Below are positions 8,553-18,665 of a stretch of DNA of 64,000 nucleotides, in pieces. A model generated the notes under the pieces. That model worked only from the letters and a program-made list of their open reading frames with translations, did no database searches and was not told where the DNA came from. Every line of letters begins with the position of its first letter. Position 1 is the stretch's first letter. Position numbers and translations under genes: made by a program. Source of the stretch: a virus; the IMG/VR virus record IMGVR_UViG_3300045282_000083, positions 3,751 through 67,750 of that record. One strand, written 5' to 3'.

Positions 8553-10789
8553 TGGATAGCCCTTTCCGCAAGCTTACTCAGCAGTGGCTGGCGAAAGTCA
8601 AGGCTGCTAAGGACCAGAAGAAGGAGTTCTCGCGCGACGGCGAAGAATGCCTCAAATTCTTTCGTGGACCGTACGATTTCATGTATGGCCTGAAAGAGGG
8701 CGTTCCTCAGTCTGGAGACTTCATCTTCGTCGGCGAGCCTGGACATATGCCCAGGCCATCCGTCGCCATGACGCTGAATAAGGTTGCGGAATGCGTCCAG
8801 ATTTTCGGTCCTACGCTATATCATAGGAATCCGATCCGGAAAGTCAATCCGCGCATGCTGCCGTCTCTGCCTCCAGAGGCGTTCGGTGATCCGAACGACC
8901 CGAACGTGCAGCAGATGGTACAGCAGATGATGGGCCAAGTCCAACAACAGCGGGGCAGGGACCAAACTCGTGCGTCCCTGCTCCAATGGTATCAGGACAT
9001 GACGCCCACCGCGACCGATCTGAAGACCGAGTCGCGCCAGGCGATTGACGAAGCGCTGATTTTCGGCATGGGGGTTTTGTGGCCACAAGTCTGGCAACCG
9101 CCAGCCTTTCCAGGCAGAATTGTTGCCAGCTGCTTCGATAGCGTTATCCACTTGCTTATCGACTCCGACATGGAGCATAGGAAAAAAGCCAAGTGGGTTG
9201 GTAAGATTTGCACTATTCCGGTCTGGGAATTTGAAGCTAAATTCCGCCTTCCTCCAGGAACTGTCAAAGGCACAGCTGAGAGCTATAGCCAGAGGGAGTT
9301 TCTGGAATCGGAAGGCGGATATGGGGAGATGGCCCGTAGACAAGGAAAGTCCAATGACCTGATTACGTATTACGAAATCTACAGCAAGATGGGGATGGGG
9401 ACTTTGCTGTCAGGTTCGGTTGGCACAGCTGCAAGTTACAGCTACAACGCCGACATAGACCCCGAGAACAAACAGATTGACAGGTTTGGGCAGTATTGCT
9501 ACCTGGTAGTTTGCAAAGAACTAGACTACCCAGCTAACCTGCCCAAGGAAATTTGGAACGACGAGCAGGCCATTAGGCAGGCAGTTCAATGGCCTGTTCC
9601 ATACTGGGCCGACGACGCTTGGCCGTTTGCTGAACTCGTGATTCATGACGTGCCCAATCAGGTGTGGCCGATGAGCCACTTCAAGCCTGCCATGGGCGAA
9701 TTGAAGTTCCTCAACTGGGCAGCGTCCTTCCTGGCCACACGTATGAAGAAGTCGGCCAGAGACTTGCTTGTAATCGACAAGGCCGCTTCCGAGGAAATGC
9801 GTAGGGCTTTGCTCTCCGGAGAGGACTTTGAATTAGTTGAGTTAAGCAAGTCGCACAATAAGACCATCAAGGAGGTCGTCGAGGTCCTGCAATTTCCTAA
9901 CGTCAATGGCGACGTGTTTAAAGTCATTGAATGGGTGACGCATCTGTTTGAGCAGCGCACCGGGCTTAGCGAGTTGATGTACGGCGAGTCAGCCCATCAG
10001 TACCGCTCCGCCGAAGAAGCCAACGTCAAGGGCCAGCAGCTGCATACGCGCACGGACGACATGGTCAATAAGACCGAAGACTGGATGAGCCAAGTAGCCC
10101 GCATGGAGGCGCTGTGCGCTCGTTGGGAGTTGGACCCTCAGAAGGACATTGCGCCAATCGGCGGGCCTGTTTATGCCCAATGGTGGCAGCAATTCATCAC
10201 TCCGAGCGATCCTACGGAAATTCTCCATCAGATCGAATATCGCATAGAGGCCAACTCAGCTAGGAAGCCAAACCGTGACAAGGACATGGCGGATGCTGAT
10301 TCGGCTATGCAGCAGCTGTTCCCTGTTCTCGTAGAAATAGCCAAGAGCGGCCAGACCGGCCCAGCTAATGCGTTGATTACCAAGTGGGCGGAATCCCACC
10401 AGTGGGACGCCTCTCAATTCATTCTGCCTGGACCGCCACCACCTCCGCCTCCGCCGCCAGATAAGCCCAAGATCAGCGTGGCGGTTGACTTCGCTACGCT
10501 TGATCCTGGAACCAAGCAGGCCATCTGGCAGCTTGCTGGCGTTCAAGCTCCTCCCCAAGAGCCGGCAGCAGATAATCAGGCCCAGCAGGCTCAAGAAATG
10601 GCCTTGGAGCAACAAAAACATGCCATGGAGATGCAGGCTCAGCAAGTAAAGGTGGAGCAGGAACGTCAGTACATGGCTCATAAGGAAGCCCATCATCAGC
10701 AAACTCTTCGTCATGCTCAGGAGAAACACAAGAACGACCTGAAGCTTGCCGAAGAGAAAGCCAAGCAAAAACCCCAGGGAAGCAAATGA
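8552..10789 (+). CDS. Portal protein (P22-like podovirus type)
   Basis: 745 aa after terL; ALIFGMG, EQRTGLSELMYG...SAEEA motifs; Gln-rich C-terminal coiled coil. Confidence 0.85.
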   Translation: MDSPFRKLTQQWLAKVKAAKDQKKEFSRDGEECLKFFRGPYDFMYGLKEGVPQSGDFIFVGEPGHMPRPSVAMTLNKVAECVQIFGPTLYHRNPIRKVNPRMLPSLPPEAFGDPNDPNVQQMVQQMMGQVQQQRGRDQTRASLLQWYQDMTPTATDLKTESRQAIDEALIFGMGVLWPQVWQPPAFPGRIVASCFDSVIHLLIDSDMEHRKKAKWVGKICTIPVWEFEAKFRLPPGTVKGTAESYSQREFLESEGGYGEMARRQGKSNDLITYYEIYSKMGMGTLLSGSVGTAASYSYNADIDPENKQIDRFGQYCYLVVCKELDYPANLPKEIWNDEQAIRQAVQWPVPYWADDAWPFAELVIHDVPNQVWPMSHFKPAMGELKFLNWAASFLATRMKKSARDLLVIDKAASEEMRRALLSGEDFELVELSKSHNKTIKEVVEVLQFPNVNGDVFKVIEWVTHLFEQRTGLSELMYGESAHQYRSAEEANVKGQQLHTRTDDMVNKTEDWMSQVARMEALCARWELDPQKDIAPIGGPVYAQWWQQFITPSDPTEILHQIEYRIEANSARKPNRDKDMADADSAMQQLFPVLVEIAKSGQTGPANALITKWAESHQWDASQFILPGPPPPPPPPPDKPKISVAVDFATLDPGTKQAIWQLAGVQAPPQEPAADNQAQQAQEMALEQQKHAMEMQAQQVKVEQERQYMAHKEAHHQQTLRHAQEKHKNDLKLAEEKAKQKPQGSK

Positions 10790-11370
10790 AACAGCGCATA
10801 ATCTACTCATCCTCCGGAGAGAGGACATACGAAATCAACGACAGAGTTGTCACGGAGGAATATTTCCACTCCGTCACTCAAGGCCAAGATGAGGCCAAGC
10901 TTAAGGATATGCTCAAGTCTGGTGTCCCTCCCCAGGGAGTCAGCGATTGTACCTTCATGAGAGACACGGCTAATGGACGACAATTCCAAGGACAAGAACA
11001 CATTGGCAATCAGTACCGAGCCGTCGCTGAGGAGCACGGACAGAATGTCACTGGAAAGAAATACATATCCGGCTTGGCCAGGTTCCCTGGCGATCCAGAA
11101 GCCTGGGTTGAAGGTCGGGGAGATGTTCAGAAGCTGGTCGAAAGTCGCGGATGGGGCTGCGAGGGCACGGTGAACGTCAAGAAGCGAGAGCTTCTTAATC
11201 CCCCAGAGCCAGGGCCAGAAGTTGCTCCGGATTTGCTAGAGAAATACACGAACGTCATAGCTGATGCCCAGCCTATGCCACACCTAGTGGACAGGGAAGA
11301 CTTGAAGGAGCAGGTCAAAGAACGTATCAAGCCCAAACATCGTCCCAAAGGCGTTACTAAAGCAGACTAA
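10786..11370 (+). CDS. Hypothetical protein following the portal
   Basis: ATGA-coupled; GLARFPGDPEAWV motif. Confidence 0.7.
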   Translation: MKQRIIYSSSGERTYEINDRVVTEEYFHSVTQGQDEAKLKDMLKSGVPPQGVSDCTFMRDTANGRQFQGQEHIGNQYRAVAEEHGQNVTGKKYISGLARFPGDPEAWVEGRGDVQKLVESRGWGCEGTVNVKKRELLNPPEPGPEVAPDLLEKYTNVIADAQPMPHLVDREDLKEQVKERIKPKHRPKGVTKAD

Positions 11371-12875
11371 TGCCATTCGCTCCATCAAATGGCCTGTATA
11401 GCCACATGGTCCACGCTCTAGGAGGATGGAGCGAGGCTCAGGAGGTGATTGACGCCATTAACGGCGCCGGATCGGGCACCGTGTCTAGCGTTGCTTTAGC
11501 GTTGCCAGTTAGCGTTTTTGTTGTGTCTGGTTCTCCGGTTACAACCACTGGCACTTTAACCGGATCGTTCGCCACACAGACGGCTAACACAGTGTTTGCC
11601 GGCCCATCGTCTGGTGGAGTGGCAACACCGGCGTTTCGATCATTGGTCTCAGCTGACTTTTCCGGTTTAGTAGTCAGCAGTTTCAATACCAGAACTGGCG
11701 CCGTAACCTTGACCTCTGGGGACGTAACCACTGCCCTGGGAGATGCGAACATTGCCTATACTGACGTAATCAATACATTTGCTGTTCGACAAATAATACA
11801 GTCGTCAACAGCAGCAACAACGTTACTTGTAAAAAACACAGCATCAGCTTCGCCATATGTTGCTGAGTTTCATGCAAAAGATGACAGCCCATATATATTT
11901 GCTGCTTTCAATGACACACTCTCATCGACAACGCCTGCGTTCGCGTATTTTGTGTGGAATACTGGAACTTTCTCGTCTGGTACTCCAGATGCACACGAGA
12001 TGCGGTTTTTCACGAATGGATTCTTAAGCGACCGCATGATAATTACCTCAAATGGAATAGTTGGCATTGGAGTCACTGTCGCTGCCGCTGGCGCCGGCAG
12101 CACATTAGATGATACTCAGCTTCAAGTTCACCAAACAAGGGTACATCAGGCATATGTATTGTCGAAGCACGCCATTAACGATGATCCTTATATAATGGCT
12201 GCTTTCAATGACACATTCTCATCGACAACGCCTGCGTTCGCGTATTTTGTGTGGAATTCTGGAACTTTTGAGCAGGGGACAAACGCCAATTCCGACATGA
12301 CGTTCTATACAAATGGTTTCTCTAACAACAGAATGGTCATTACTAAGGGCGGATTAGTTGGAATTGGTACTAATATAGCAGCGCTTGGGGGCGCCAATAC
12401 AGTTGACTCGACGCTCCAGGTCCGCGCCTTTTCGACTTCTACAATCGGAGTTATCGTCCAAGGTCGGGCTTCTCAAACGGCTGTCTTGCTGCAATTAAAG
12501 GGCGAGTCGTCTGTACAAACGCGAGAGCAAGTAGACTTGGATAGTGCTTGGGTGGATTCAACTGATGCCACCAGGAAGTCAAGATTTTTGCTTCGGGTGT
12601 GGGACACGGCAGCCCGCGAAGTGTTGCGCGGAGAAGCCAGCGGCACGGCCCCAGCAATCGGTTTTCTTGGCTCGGCTGCCGCTGTGCAGCAAGCCAGCGG
12701 GGCCAACCTCACCAACAACGTCGTTGCCAGCGGCACTACGGACCAGATCGACGATTTCACTAACTTGGTGGTCTACGCCACGGACGCCCAGGCCATCCAC
12801 AACGATATTTATCAATTAGCCAGGAAAGTCAAACAGATCAACGATGCTCTCAGGCTTTATGGACTATTGACCTAA
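11370..12875 (+). CDS. Tail fibre/spike protein with an internal ~99-aa duplication
   Basis: GTVSSVAL and SFNTRTGAVTL fibre motifs, RMIITSNGIVGIG-type beta repeats, C-terminal INDALRLYGLL. Confidence 0.8.
   Translation: MPFAPSNGLYSHMVHALGGWSEAQEVIDAINGAGSGTVSSVALALPVSVFVVSGSPVTTTGTLTGSFATQTANTVFAGPSSGGVATPAFRSLVSADFSGLVVSSFNTRTGAVTLTSGDVTTALGDANIAYTDVINTFAVRQIIQSSTAATTLLVKNTASASPYVAEFHAKDDSPYIFAAFNDTLSSTTPAFAYFVWNTGTFSSGTPDAHEMRFFTNGFLSDRMIITSNGIVGIGVTVAAAGAGSTLDDTQLQVHQTRVHQAYVLSKHAINDDPYIMAAFNDTFSSTTPAFAYFVWNSGTFEQGTNANSDMTFYTNGFSNNRMVITKGGLVGIGTNIAALGGANTVDSTLQVRAFSTSTIGVIVQGRASQTAVLLQLKGESSVQTREQVDLDSAWVDSTDATRKSRFLLRVWDTAAREVLRGEASGTAPAIGFLGSAAAVQQASGANLTNNVVASGTTDQIDDFTNLVVYATDAQAIHNDIYQLARKVKQINDALRLYGLLT
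11901..12268 (+). repeat. 71-bp direct repeat (11901-11971 and 12198-12268), 2 mismatches
   Basis: Read directly from the sequence; offset 297 nt. Confidence 0.9.
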
Positions 12876-12885
12876 AGGAGACAAG

Positions 12886-13185
12886 ATGGCTGTCAACAAT
12901 GCGGCAAAAATTAGCAATTTTCTATCTGGTTGCGTGGCTAATGCCGCCATGATCAAACAGGCTAGGGATACCGCTAAGATACTGGCGGAAGAATTAGCAA
13001 GTGACGCGGTCCTTGCCGCAATTGCCGATACGGATTGCGTCGGAGCTAATTCTCACCTGACGCGCACCATAGTTTTGAACTACCTTCAGGGAATCCAGCC
13101 GCCCTTGGAGGCGATGCTAACCAATGGCGCTGTGGCCACCATAAATCGCATGCCAAATCTAATGGCTATGCTTAGCGGCAGTTAA
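12886..13185 (+). CDS. Hypothetical protein (possible fibre chaperone)
   Basis: AAAGGAG SD; follows the fibre gene. Confidence 0.6.
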   Translation: MAVNNAAKISNFLSGCVANAAMIKQARDTAKILAEELASDAVLAAIADTDCVGANSHLTRTIVLNYLQGIQPPLEAMLTNGAVATINRMPNLMAMLSGS

Positions 13186-13194
13186 AGGGAAACA

Positions 13195-13482
13195 ATGGCT
13201 GAAATCTTCACTAATGACGCCACGGACGCTCTTGCTGGCGACATAAACTCGTCCGCCACTACTATTGGTGTGGTGTCCGGAACCCAGTTCCCAGCCACCG
13301 GCAATTTCCGTATACGGATTGATAATGAAATCATGACCGTTACGGCGGTGTCTGGCCTGAACTGGACCGTTACCAGGGCATCTGAATCGCTGATGGGCCA
13401 ACAGGTGGCGTCATCTCATTCCAATGGCACTATCATTTACGGCGTCCTTACGGCTGGAGCCCTAATAGCGAGGTACGGATAA
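13195..13482 (+). CDS. Small tail-associated beta protein
   Basis: LAGDINSSATTI...FPATG...IDNEIM...VTRA pattern typical of phage tail appendage domains. Confidence 0.7.
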   Translation: MAEIFTNDATDALAGDINSSATTIGVVSGTQFPATGNFRIRIDNEIMTVTAVSGLNWTVTRASESLMGQQVASSHSNGTIIYGVLTAGALIARYG

Positions 13483-13706
13483 TGCCTCTGGCGACATTCG
13501 AGACGTTCCCTCCATCCATACCGCCAGTCAACTTCCCAGCCATGCTAGGCCAGGCGGCTTGTAGACCGGGAGCCATGATCCTAGGCAGGGCCTCGGTGAA
13601 ACTACTTACAATATACACTCCATACCGCGTTCCGGACGAAAGCGGCAACCCGGCCAACGTGGCGCTGACAGCAGCCACTCCGGCCCGAATTGTGGAGGAA
13701 GTATAA
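13482..13706 (+). CDS. Pro-rich small protein
   Basis: TAATG-coupled; C-terminus weakly resembles the 19953 ORF. Confidence 0.5.
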   Translation: MPLATFETFPPSIPPVNFPAMLGQAACRPGAMILGRASVKLLTIYTPYRVPDESGNPANVALTAATPARIVEEV

Positions 13707-13774
13707 TACCCTGGCCTGGCGCGCAGCCATGCCGAAGTGGGCGGGGCCAGGGTACAAAATACCAGTTTGTTATC

Positions 13775-13802
13775 TTGACTTTTTCGATGGATTTGATAGA
13801 AT
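13775..13802 (+). promoter_or_regulatory. sigma70-like promoter, probably giving a leaderless mRNA
   Basis: TTGACT-16-TAGAAT with only 6 nt between the -10 and the ATG at 13809; no SD. Confidence 0.65.
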
Positions 13803-13808
13803 AAGACC

Positions 13809-14963
13809 ATGAGGATAAGGCTTACAACGTACCAGGACGCCGTAGATCACCTTGTTGATTACATTGGTGGTGATGAGGGGGACCAGACCGTCCGCTTCGC
13901 CCGCCGCGCCGTCCAGGATGCGTACAACCGTTTTGCGGGGTTACACAATTGGTCGTATTTGTATCGCCGTGGCCGTATCACTACGAACGCTCAGCAGACA
14001 GTGGGGACTGTACAGTATACAAACGCTACTCGTACTGTCACTTTGACGGGAAACACTTGGCCGAGTTGGGTCCTCCAGGCGGTAGTAGTGATCAACAATG
14101 TCCCATTCCAGATAGCCAGCAACCCGACGCCGACAACTATTACGCTGACACAGGAGGCGAATCCTAATCAGGACGTAGTGGCTGGAACTTTGTACACTCT
14201 CTACCAGGATGCTTATTCAACTCCGATTGACTTTGTGTCCTGCGACGAAGTTCTGAACGTAAATTTCGGCTTGCGCATGACCTTTGAGCACCCGGCGCAG
14301 TGGCTGGTAATGCAGCGAATCTATCGTGGGCCAGCTACGCCACGTATATACTCAATAATAGGCAGCACTGCTTACATGGGCACTATGTCCATGAGGTTCT
14401 ATCCGCCGCCTGACGTTGTGTACTTCATGGATTTCGTGTACAAGAAGCGCCCAAGACCGTTAAGCATTGTCAACTATTCCACCGGCACAGCCGGAATGAC
14501 GAGCGGATTGACAACAATCACGGGCAGCGGCACTCTCTGGACCCAGGCGATGGTCGGCTCAACTATCCGATTCTCAGCAGTAGGTAATAGCGTCGTTCCG
14601 ACCGGGCCTTCTGGAGAGAATCCGTTTGATATTGAGCGAGTAATTACCTCTGTCCAGAGCAATCTTCAGCTGACAGTGGACACCGATCCGGTCCAGACGG
14701 CAAGCGGGCTCACCTACTCCATCAGCGATCCTGTAGATATCGAAGAAGGGTCAATGCTGTCCTTCTTCTGGAGAGTATGCGAGAAGCAGATGCGGCGGGT
14801 CAAACGCATGGACCCGGTGCAAGGCGAAGAGGAAGCATATAGTCTGGCTATGCAAGAGGCAATGGAAGCTGACAATCGGAGCACGATGAGGCAGGCTGTG
14901 GGCGCTGGCGGATATCCACGCCGTCTACGTGATTTTCCGGGCGGACCCGATATGGGGGTTTAG
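13809..14963 (+). CDS. Head-tail adaptor (tail tubular protein A-like) with inserted beta domains
   Basis: N-terminal helical hairpin with HNWSYL, PIDF and RFYPPPD motifs, C-terminal helices. Confidence 0.7.
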   Translation: MRIRLTTYQDAVDHLVDYIGGDEGDQTVRFARRAVQDAYNRFAGLHNWSYLYRRGRITTNAQQTVGTVQYTNATRTVTLTGNTWPSWVLQAVVVINNVPFQIASNPTPTTITLTQEANPNQDVVAGTLYTLYQDAYSTPIDFVSCDEVLNVNFGLRMTFEHPAQWLVMQRIYRGPATPRIYSIIGSTAYMGTMSMRFYPPPDVVYFMDFVYKKRPRPLSIVNYSTGTAGMTSGLTTITGSGTLWTQAMVGSTIRFSAVGNSVVPTGPSGENPFDIERVITSVQSNLQLTVDTDPVQTASGLTYSISDPVDIEEGSMLSFFWRVCEKQMRRVKRMDPVQGEEEAYSLAMQEAMEADNRSTMRQAVGAGGYPRRLRDFPGGPDMGV

Positions 14964-14985
14964 GTGGTCCAGACATGGGTATATA

Positions 14986-15399
14986 ATGGAACCAGTCCTT
15001 GATAAAAAGCTGTGGAAGCAATGCAAGAACCTTGTGGTTGGGATGCCGCGCAAGCCTGCCGTGCTTCCCAATCGCGTCGGTGCTATGGTGGGCTTGGAGA
15101 AGGACCCATACGACGTGACCATCGTCACCCTGGTTGACGGCGACCATGTGAAGATCAAGTACAACATGGACTTCACGGAAGTTGATACAGAGATGCATTG
15201 CCCGGATTTCGTAGAGGGCATCTGGATTGACGCTAATACGCCCATGAAGGAATGGCCGTTTTATCTGTACCGCGCCGCGCATGAGTACCGTGACATGTGC
15301 CAAGACCAATTGTCCTACGAAGTGGCGAAGGTGCGCGCCCAGAAGGGCGAGCGAGAACTGCGCATGGACGCCTGGAACGACCAAGGAAAGGCTCTGTAA
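14986..15399 (+). CDS. Zincin-like family paralog A (metal ligands degenerate)
   Basis: VDGD..MDF..IWID..LYRAAHEY; aligns with the 15924 ORF. Confidence 0.6.
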   Translation: MEPVLDKKLWKQCKNLVVGMPRKPAVLPNRVGAMVGLEKDPYDVTIVTLVDGDHVKIKYNMDFTEVDTEMHCPDFVEGIWIDANTPMKEWPFYLYRAAHEYRDMCQDQLSYEVAKVRAQKGERELRMDAWNDQGKAL

Positions 15400-15584
15400 T
15401 GCCCCTCCCCGTCGCAAAGCCATCCACCGTGATCTACGATTTTCCTGGCCTAAGCGATATTCCCAGGTCAGCTGTCAATCAAGTTCCAGGCACGGCCGAG
15501 GAGCAGATCAACACCTGCTCAGTTATTGAGGGCGAACTGCTCGTTCGTCGTGGTATCCGCGAGGTTGCTTTCGAGGACATCTAA
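15399..15584 (+). CDS. Small protein resembling the N-terminus of podovirus nozzle proteins
   Basis: YDFPGL...PG.A..Q.N...GELLVRRG; TAATG coupling on both sides. Confidence 0.5.
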   Translation: MPLPVAKPSTVIYDFPGLSDIPRSAVNQVPGTAEEQINTCSVIEGELLVRRGIREVAFEDI

Positions 15585-15781
15585 TGTGTGTGTGCTGGTT
15601 TGACGGCGAATCCCGCGTGGCTTGCGACGGCTCGCCATGGACCAAAGATCGTGAGGCCAGGGAACGCTTTTGTCGCAGTCGATGGGTGGTTGAGAATGGC
15701 CGAAAGATCAGGAATCCTAACCGACAGCGGGCAATCGCGGAAGCTCAGATGACAATGTTGGGCGAGGGCTATGGCCAATAA
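15584..15781 (+). CDS. Hypothetical protein
   Basis: TAATG-coupled; GAGG SD. Confidence 0.45.
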   Translation: MCVCWFDGESRVACDGSPWTKDREARERFCRSRWVVENGRKIRNPNRQRAIAEAQMTMLGEGYGQ

Positions 15782-15784
15782 CAT

Positions 15785-15931
15785 ATGAAATTACCTATAA
15801 CAGCCATTGGATCGCATCCGGAACTGGTCAAGCGCGTTCTCAAGCTTGAGCGTGCTCTGAATGAAATAGCCAAGTGGAAACCCAAACCAGACAAGGCTGC
15901 CCAGATTGCCAAAGAGGCCCTCAATGGCTGA
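15785..15931 (+). CDS. Small hypothetical protein, not in the ORF track
   Basis: 48 aa, LERALNEIA...AQIAKEAL coiled-coil pattern. Confidence 0.45.
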   Translation: MKLPITAIGSHPELVKRVLKLERALNEIAKWKPKPDKAAQIAKEALNG

Positions 15932-16373
15932 GCTAGATCATGATCTCCTAATGCACGTGAAGGCCCTGCTTAAGGGACGGGAGCATCGCCCGAGCAAGGT
16001 TCCGTTCTTCCTAGGAGCGTTAGGTGGACTGGACGCTGACGACCCAGGAGAGCCGACCAACGTATTTATCGTGGACGGAGACAAAATGCGTCTCGAACAC
16101 GATATGGACTTCGTGGCCGGTAATAATTCCGAGGAACAGCCGTCGTGGGTTAAAGACCTTAATGGTGGAGATTGTGGTGCCCTATACCTGGACGACAGAA
16201 CTACGCCGGATCAATGGGTTCCTAACCTCTACCACGAAGCGAGAGAATATCATTTGATGTGTGATGGTAAAGAGTACGAGCAAGCCCACGAACAGGCCAA
16301 TGCCGAAGAGAAACTGGTGCGTCAGCATATTGGCAGGGAAAGCGGCAAAGTCTACACCGTGGAGCAGTCATGA
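15924..16373 (+). CDS. Zincin-like family paralog B (HExxE...H intact)
   Basis: VDGD..MDF..LYLD..LYHEAREY..YEQAH. Confidence 0.6.
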   Translation: MAELDHDLLMHVKALLKGREHRPSKVPFFLGALGGLDADDPGEPTNVFIVDGDKMRLEHDMDFVAGNNSEEQPSWVKDLNGGDCGALYLDDRTTPDQWVPNLYHEAREYHLMCDGKEYEQAHEQANAEEKLVRQHIGRESGKVYTVEQS

Positions 16374-16648
16374 AAGACCTCAAAATACGCAAGGATGGCA
16401 GAGAAGGCACATTGAGCTATCGAGAGTGCCGAATAACACTGGTCAATACTAAGCATATAGAGGATGGCCAAAAATGGGAGGATGTTGAGCTAGGCGGCTT
16501 TATGATCTTCCCAAACCTATCGGACGAGATTAACGGATTCATATACCAAGGCCCATGCCACACTCTTACTCCGCCCGTGATACCTCAAGACTGGTATCAC
16601 AACATGCGAATTGAAATGGTTAAGGAGGCCGGCTTTGAGTTGGCTTGA
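16370..16648 (+). CDS. Hypothetical protein
   Basis: ATGA-coupled. Confidence 0.55.
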   Translation: MKDLKIRKDGREGTLSYRECRITLVNTKHIEDGQKWEDVELGGFMIFPNLSDEINGFIYQGPCHTLTPPVIPQDWYHNMRIEMVKEAGFELA

Positions 16649-18023
16649 CGATATTCGCGCGATGCTCGGCCAGGCCCAGGCTCCGCTGCGGCAGGGAGCC
16701 GAGGCCGTCGTCCAGAACGCTGTCCAGCCTGCCTTTGAGACGGGCATGAACGCCTTGGGGGCTTCTGGGAACCTGGCCCGTGGCAGCGGTATGACCCTCG
16801 GCAGGCTCATTCAAGGAGACCAGGCCGGCGCCCAGGATATTGCCAGGCGCGCTTTCACCGGCATGGTTGACCCTAGCCAGCATATTTCCGGCCAAGAAGC
16901 CGTTGGCGGCAATGCCATCCTGTCAGACATTGCGACTGACCCATTGGCCATGGGCGGGATCATGCGACTTGGCCAATCTGGCGGCAGCGCTCTGATGCGC
17001 CGACTGGGTAGCTCGGGCGTGGAGAACGTGGCGCCATCCTCAGCCAGTTCGTTGCGCAGTCCTGGTCTGTCCACATACTCCCAAGACGCAGCTGGCAATT
17101 TCCAGGTAGCTCGTCCTGGTGGCCCAGCTAGCAACTGGACGCCGCAGAATATGTCGTCTGCTGCGCTCGGAGAAGCCGAAGGGTGGACTGGAAGACCTCT
17201 TAGCAACATACAACAATCCCCCGTAGCCACTCGACTACAGCGTCCAGCCTCCAGTGTCGGCTTACAGCCTTACGAAGCTAATTTTGAGCGTCAAGGCAAC
17301 GCTCTTGAACCATCTCTACAAAGACTGCTTGGTAGCGAATCGACACGCACTGGATTATTTATGGGCGAGAGGGCTGGCCCTCTCAGTTCGGTTAATGCCA
17401 ATGCTCCTGCTTCTTTAAGAGGATTTAATGTAGTTCACGATGTTGGAACAGACTTGGGACGGCCATCTTACGGCGCTGCCAACCGCCCTCTGAATCGACA
17501 GTCGGTAGAAGCCCTCAACGAATTTGTAGAATCCGGCAATAGGGGCCAATACTTTCCATCAGCTGGTCCAAGGGGAACAATATTTTTAAGCGAAGTCGCG
17601 CCTGATTCGACACTTGGCCACGAAGCCAACCATGCCATAACTAACGTCGCCAGAAGAACGGGGCAAATTAATCTGCTGCCAACCGCCCAAGGCAGACTGG
17701 CCGCGAGAATGCAAGAGGCAAGCAGCCCACTTGTGAATGGCCTGGGCGGACTATTAGAGGAATCTCAATCTCAGGGCATCAGTCAAGGCAGAGGATTTCT
17801 GCGCAACTTGCAAGGCCAATTGAATTTTGCGATGAATCCCCATCCCGCATATATAGACTACGCTTCGTCTCCTGGACTGTATAGATATGGGTTGCAATCC
17901 ATGAGCCCTGGCTCTCCAACAGCAGGGCAGATATACGAAGGCGCTCCCGCCCTGCTTAAAATGTTATACGCCGGCGGAGTCGGCGCCGGCGCGGCTGGTA
18001 TCGGTGCTATAGGAGGTCAATAA
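16635..18023 (+). CDS. Probable ejection/internal virion protein with a HExxH metallopeptidase-like motif
   Basis: AAGGAGG SD before TTG at 16635; Gly/Ala/Gln-rich; LGHEANHAI; hydrophobic Gly-rich C-terminus. Confidence 0.6.
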   Translation: MSWLDDIRAMLGQAQAPLRQGAEAVVQNAVQPAFETGMNALGASGNLARGSGMTLGRLIQGDQAGAQDIARRAFTGMVDPSQHISGQEAVGGNAILSDIATDPLAMGGIMRLGQSGGSALMRRLGSSGVENVAPSSASSLRSPGLSTYSQDAAGNFQVARPGGPASNWTPQNMSSAALGEAEGWTGRPLSNIQQSPVATRLQRPASSVGLQPYEANFERQGNALEPSLQRLLGSESTRTGLFMGERAGPLSSVNANAPASLRGFNVVHDVGTDLGRPSYGAANRPLNRQSVEALNEFVESGNRGQYFPSAGPRGTIFLSEVAPDSTLGHEANHAITNVARRTGQINLLPTAQGRLAARMQEASSPLVNGLGGLLEESQSQGISQGRGFLRNLQGQLNFAMNPHPAYIDYASSPGLYRYGLQSMSPGSPTAGQIYEGAPALLKMLYAGGVGAGAAGIGAIGGQ

Positions 18024-18541
18024 TGCCAGGATATGCTGGATTGGTTCCGCTGAACAGCGCGATATCTAAGGTGGTAGTTTCCAAGAACGCTAGTTCGGTT
18101 CCGACCGACGCCGACGCCCTGCCGACGTACAGGATTTACTCAGTCAGCGGCTTTCTACTCTCGGGCAGCCTGGGGCTGCTAGACAGCACCGCAATTACCG
18201 GGGCCACGAACGCCAGCCCTACGGTCATTACTTCGGTTGGACACGGTCTGGACACCGGAGTAAAGGTAACGATTGCCAATGTCGGCGGCAATACTGGAGC
18301 CAATGGAACGTGGGACATAACCAAGATAGACTCCAACAGATTCTCCATTGCCGTGGATACGTCAGCGGGCAGCGCATACACCAGTGGCGGAACGTGGCAT
18401 TCGACTGGATTGTATAACTTTACCATCACCCCAACCATTGGCCTGAATTTCCTTAGCGGCAGTATTTACTCCGTAGCAGTGTACTGCAAAATCAGCACCG
18501 TGGTAAACATACTTGAGGAGTTCGAGTTCCAAGTCACATGA
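18023..18541 (+). CDS. Tail structural protein with an FCCH-like beta domain
   Basis: ITGATNASPTVITSVGHGL...VGGNTGANGTW domain, also present in the 23645 ORF. Confidence 0.7.
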   Translation: MPGYAGLVPLNSAISKVVVSKNASSVPTDADALPTYRIYSVSGFLLSGSLGLLDSTAITGATNASPTVITSVGHGLDTGVKVTIANVGGNTGANGTWDITKIDSNRFSIAVDTSAGSAYTSGGTWHSTGLYNFTITPTIGLNFLSGSIYSVAVYCKISTVVNILEEFEFQVT

Positions 18542-18665
18542 AAATCACCACGTACATTTGCCGGGACAAAGGAATCTGGCGCACAGTAAGCGATTATTTT
18601 GATTTCCTAGTGGACGTTGGATTCCAAGCAATGGACTTCGTCTTCGATCCGGATGGATATGAAGA

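Noticed and set aside
10433-10459. Poly-proline tract in the portal as a special element
   Set aside because: Most simply a linker; mixed codons argue against a slippage repeat.
11901-12268. Possible DGR template/variable repeat pair
   Set aside because: Both copies are in frame in one gene, the two mismatches do not show an adenine-specific pattern, and no reverse transcriptase is present.
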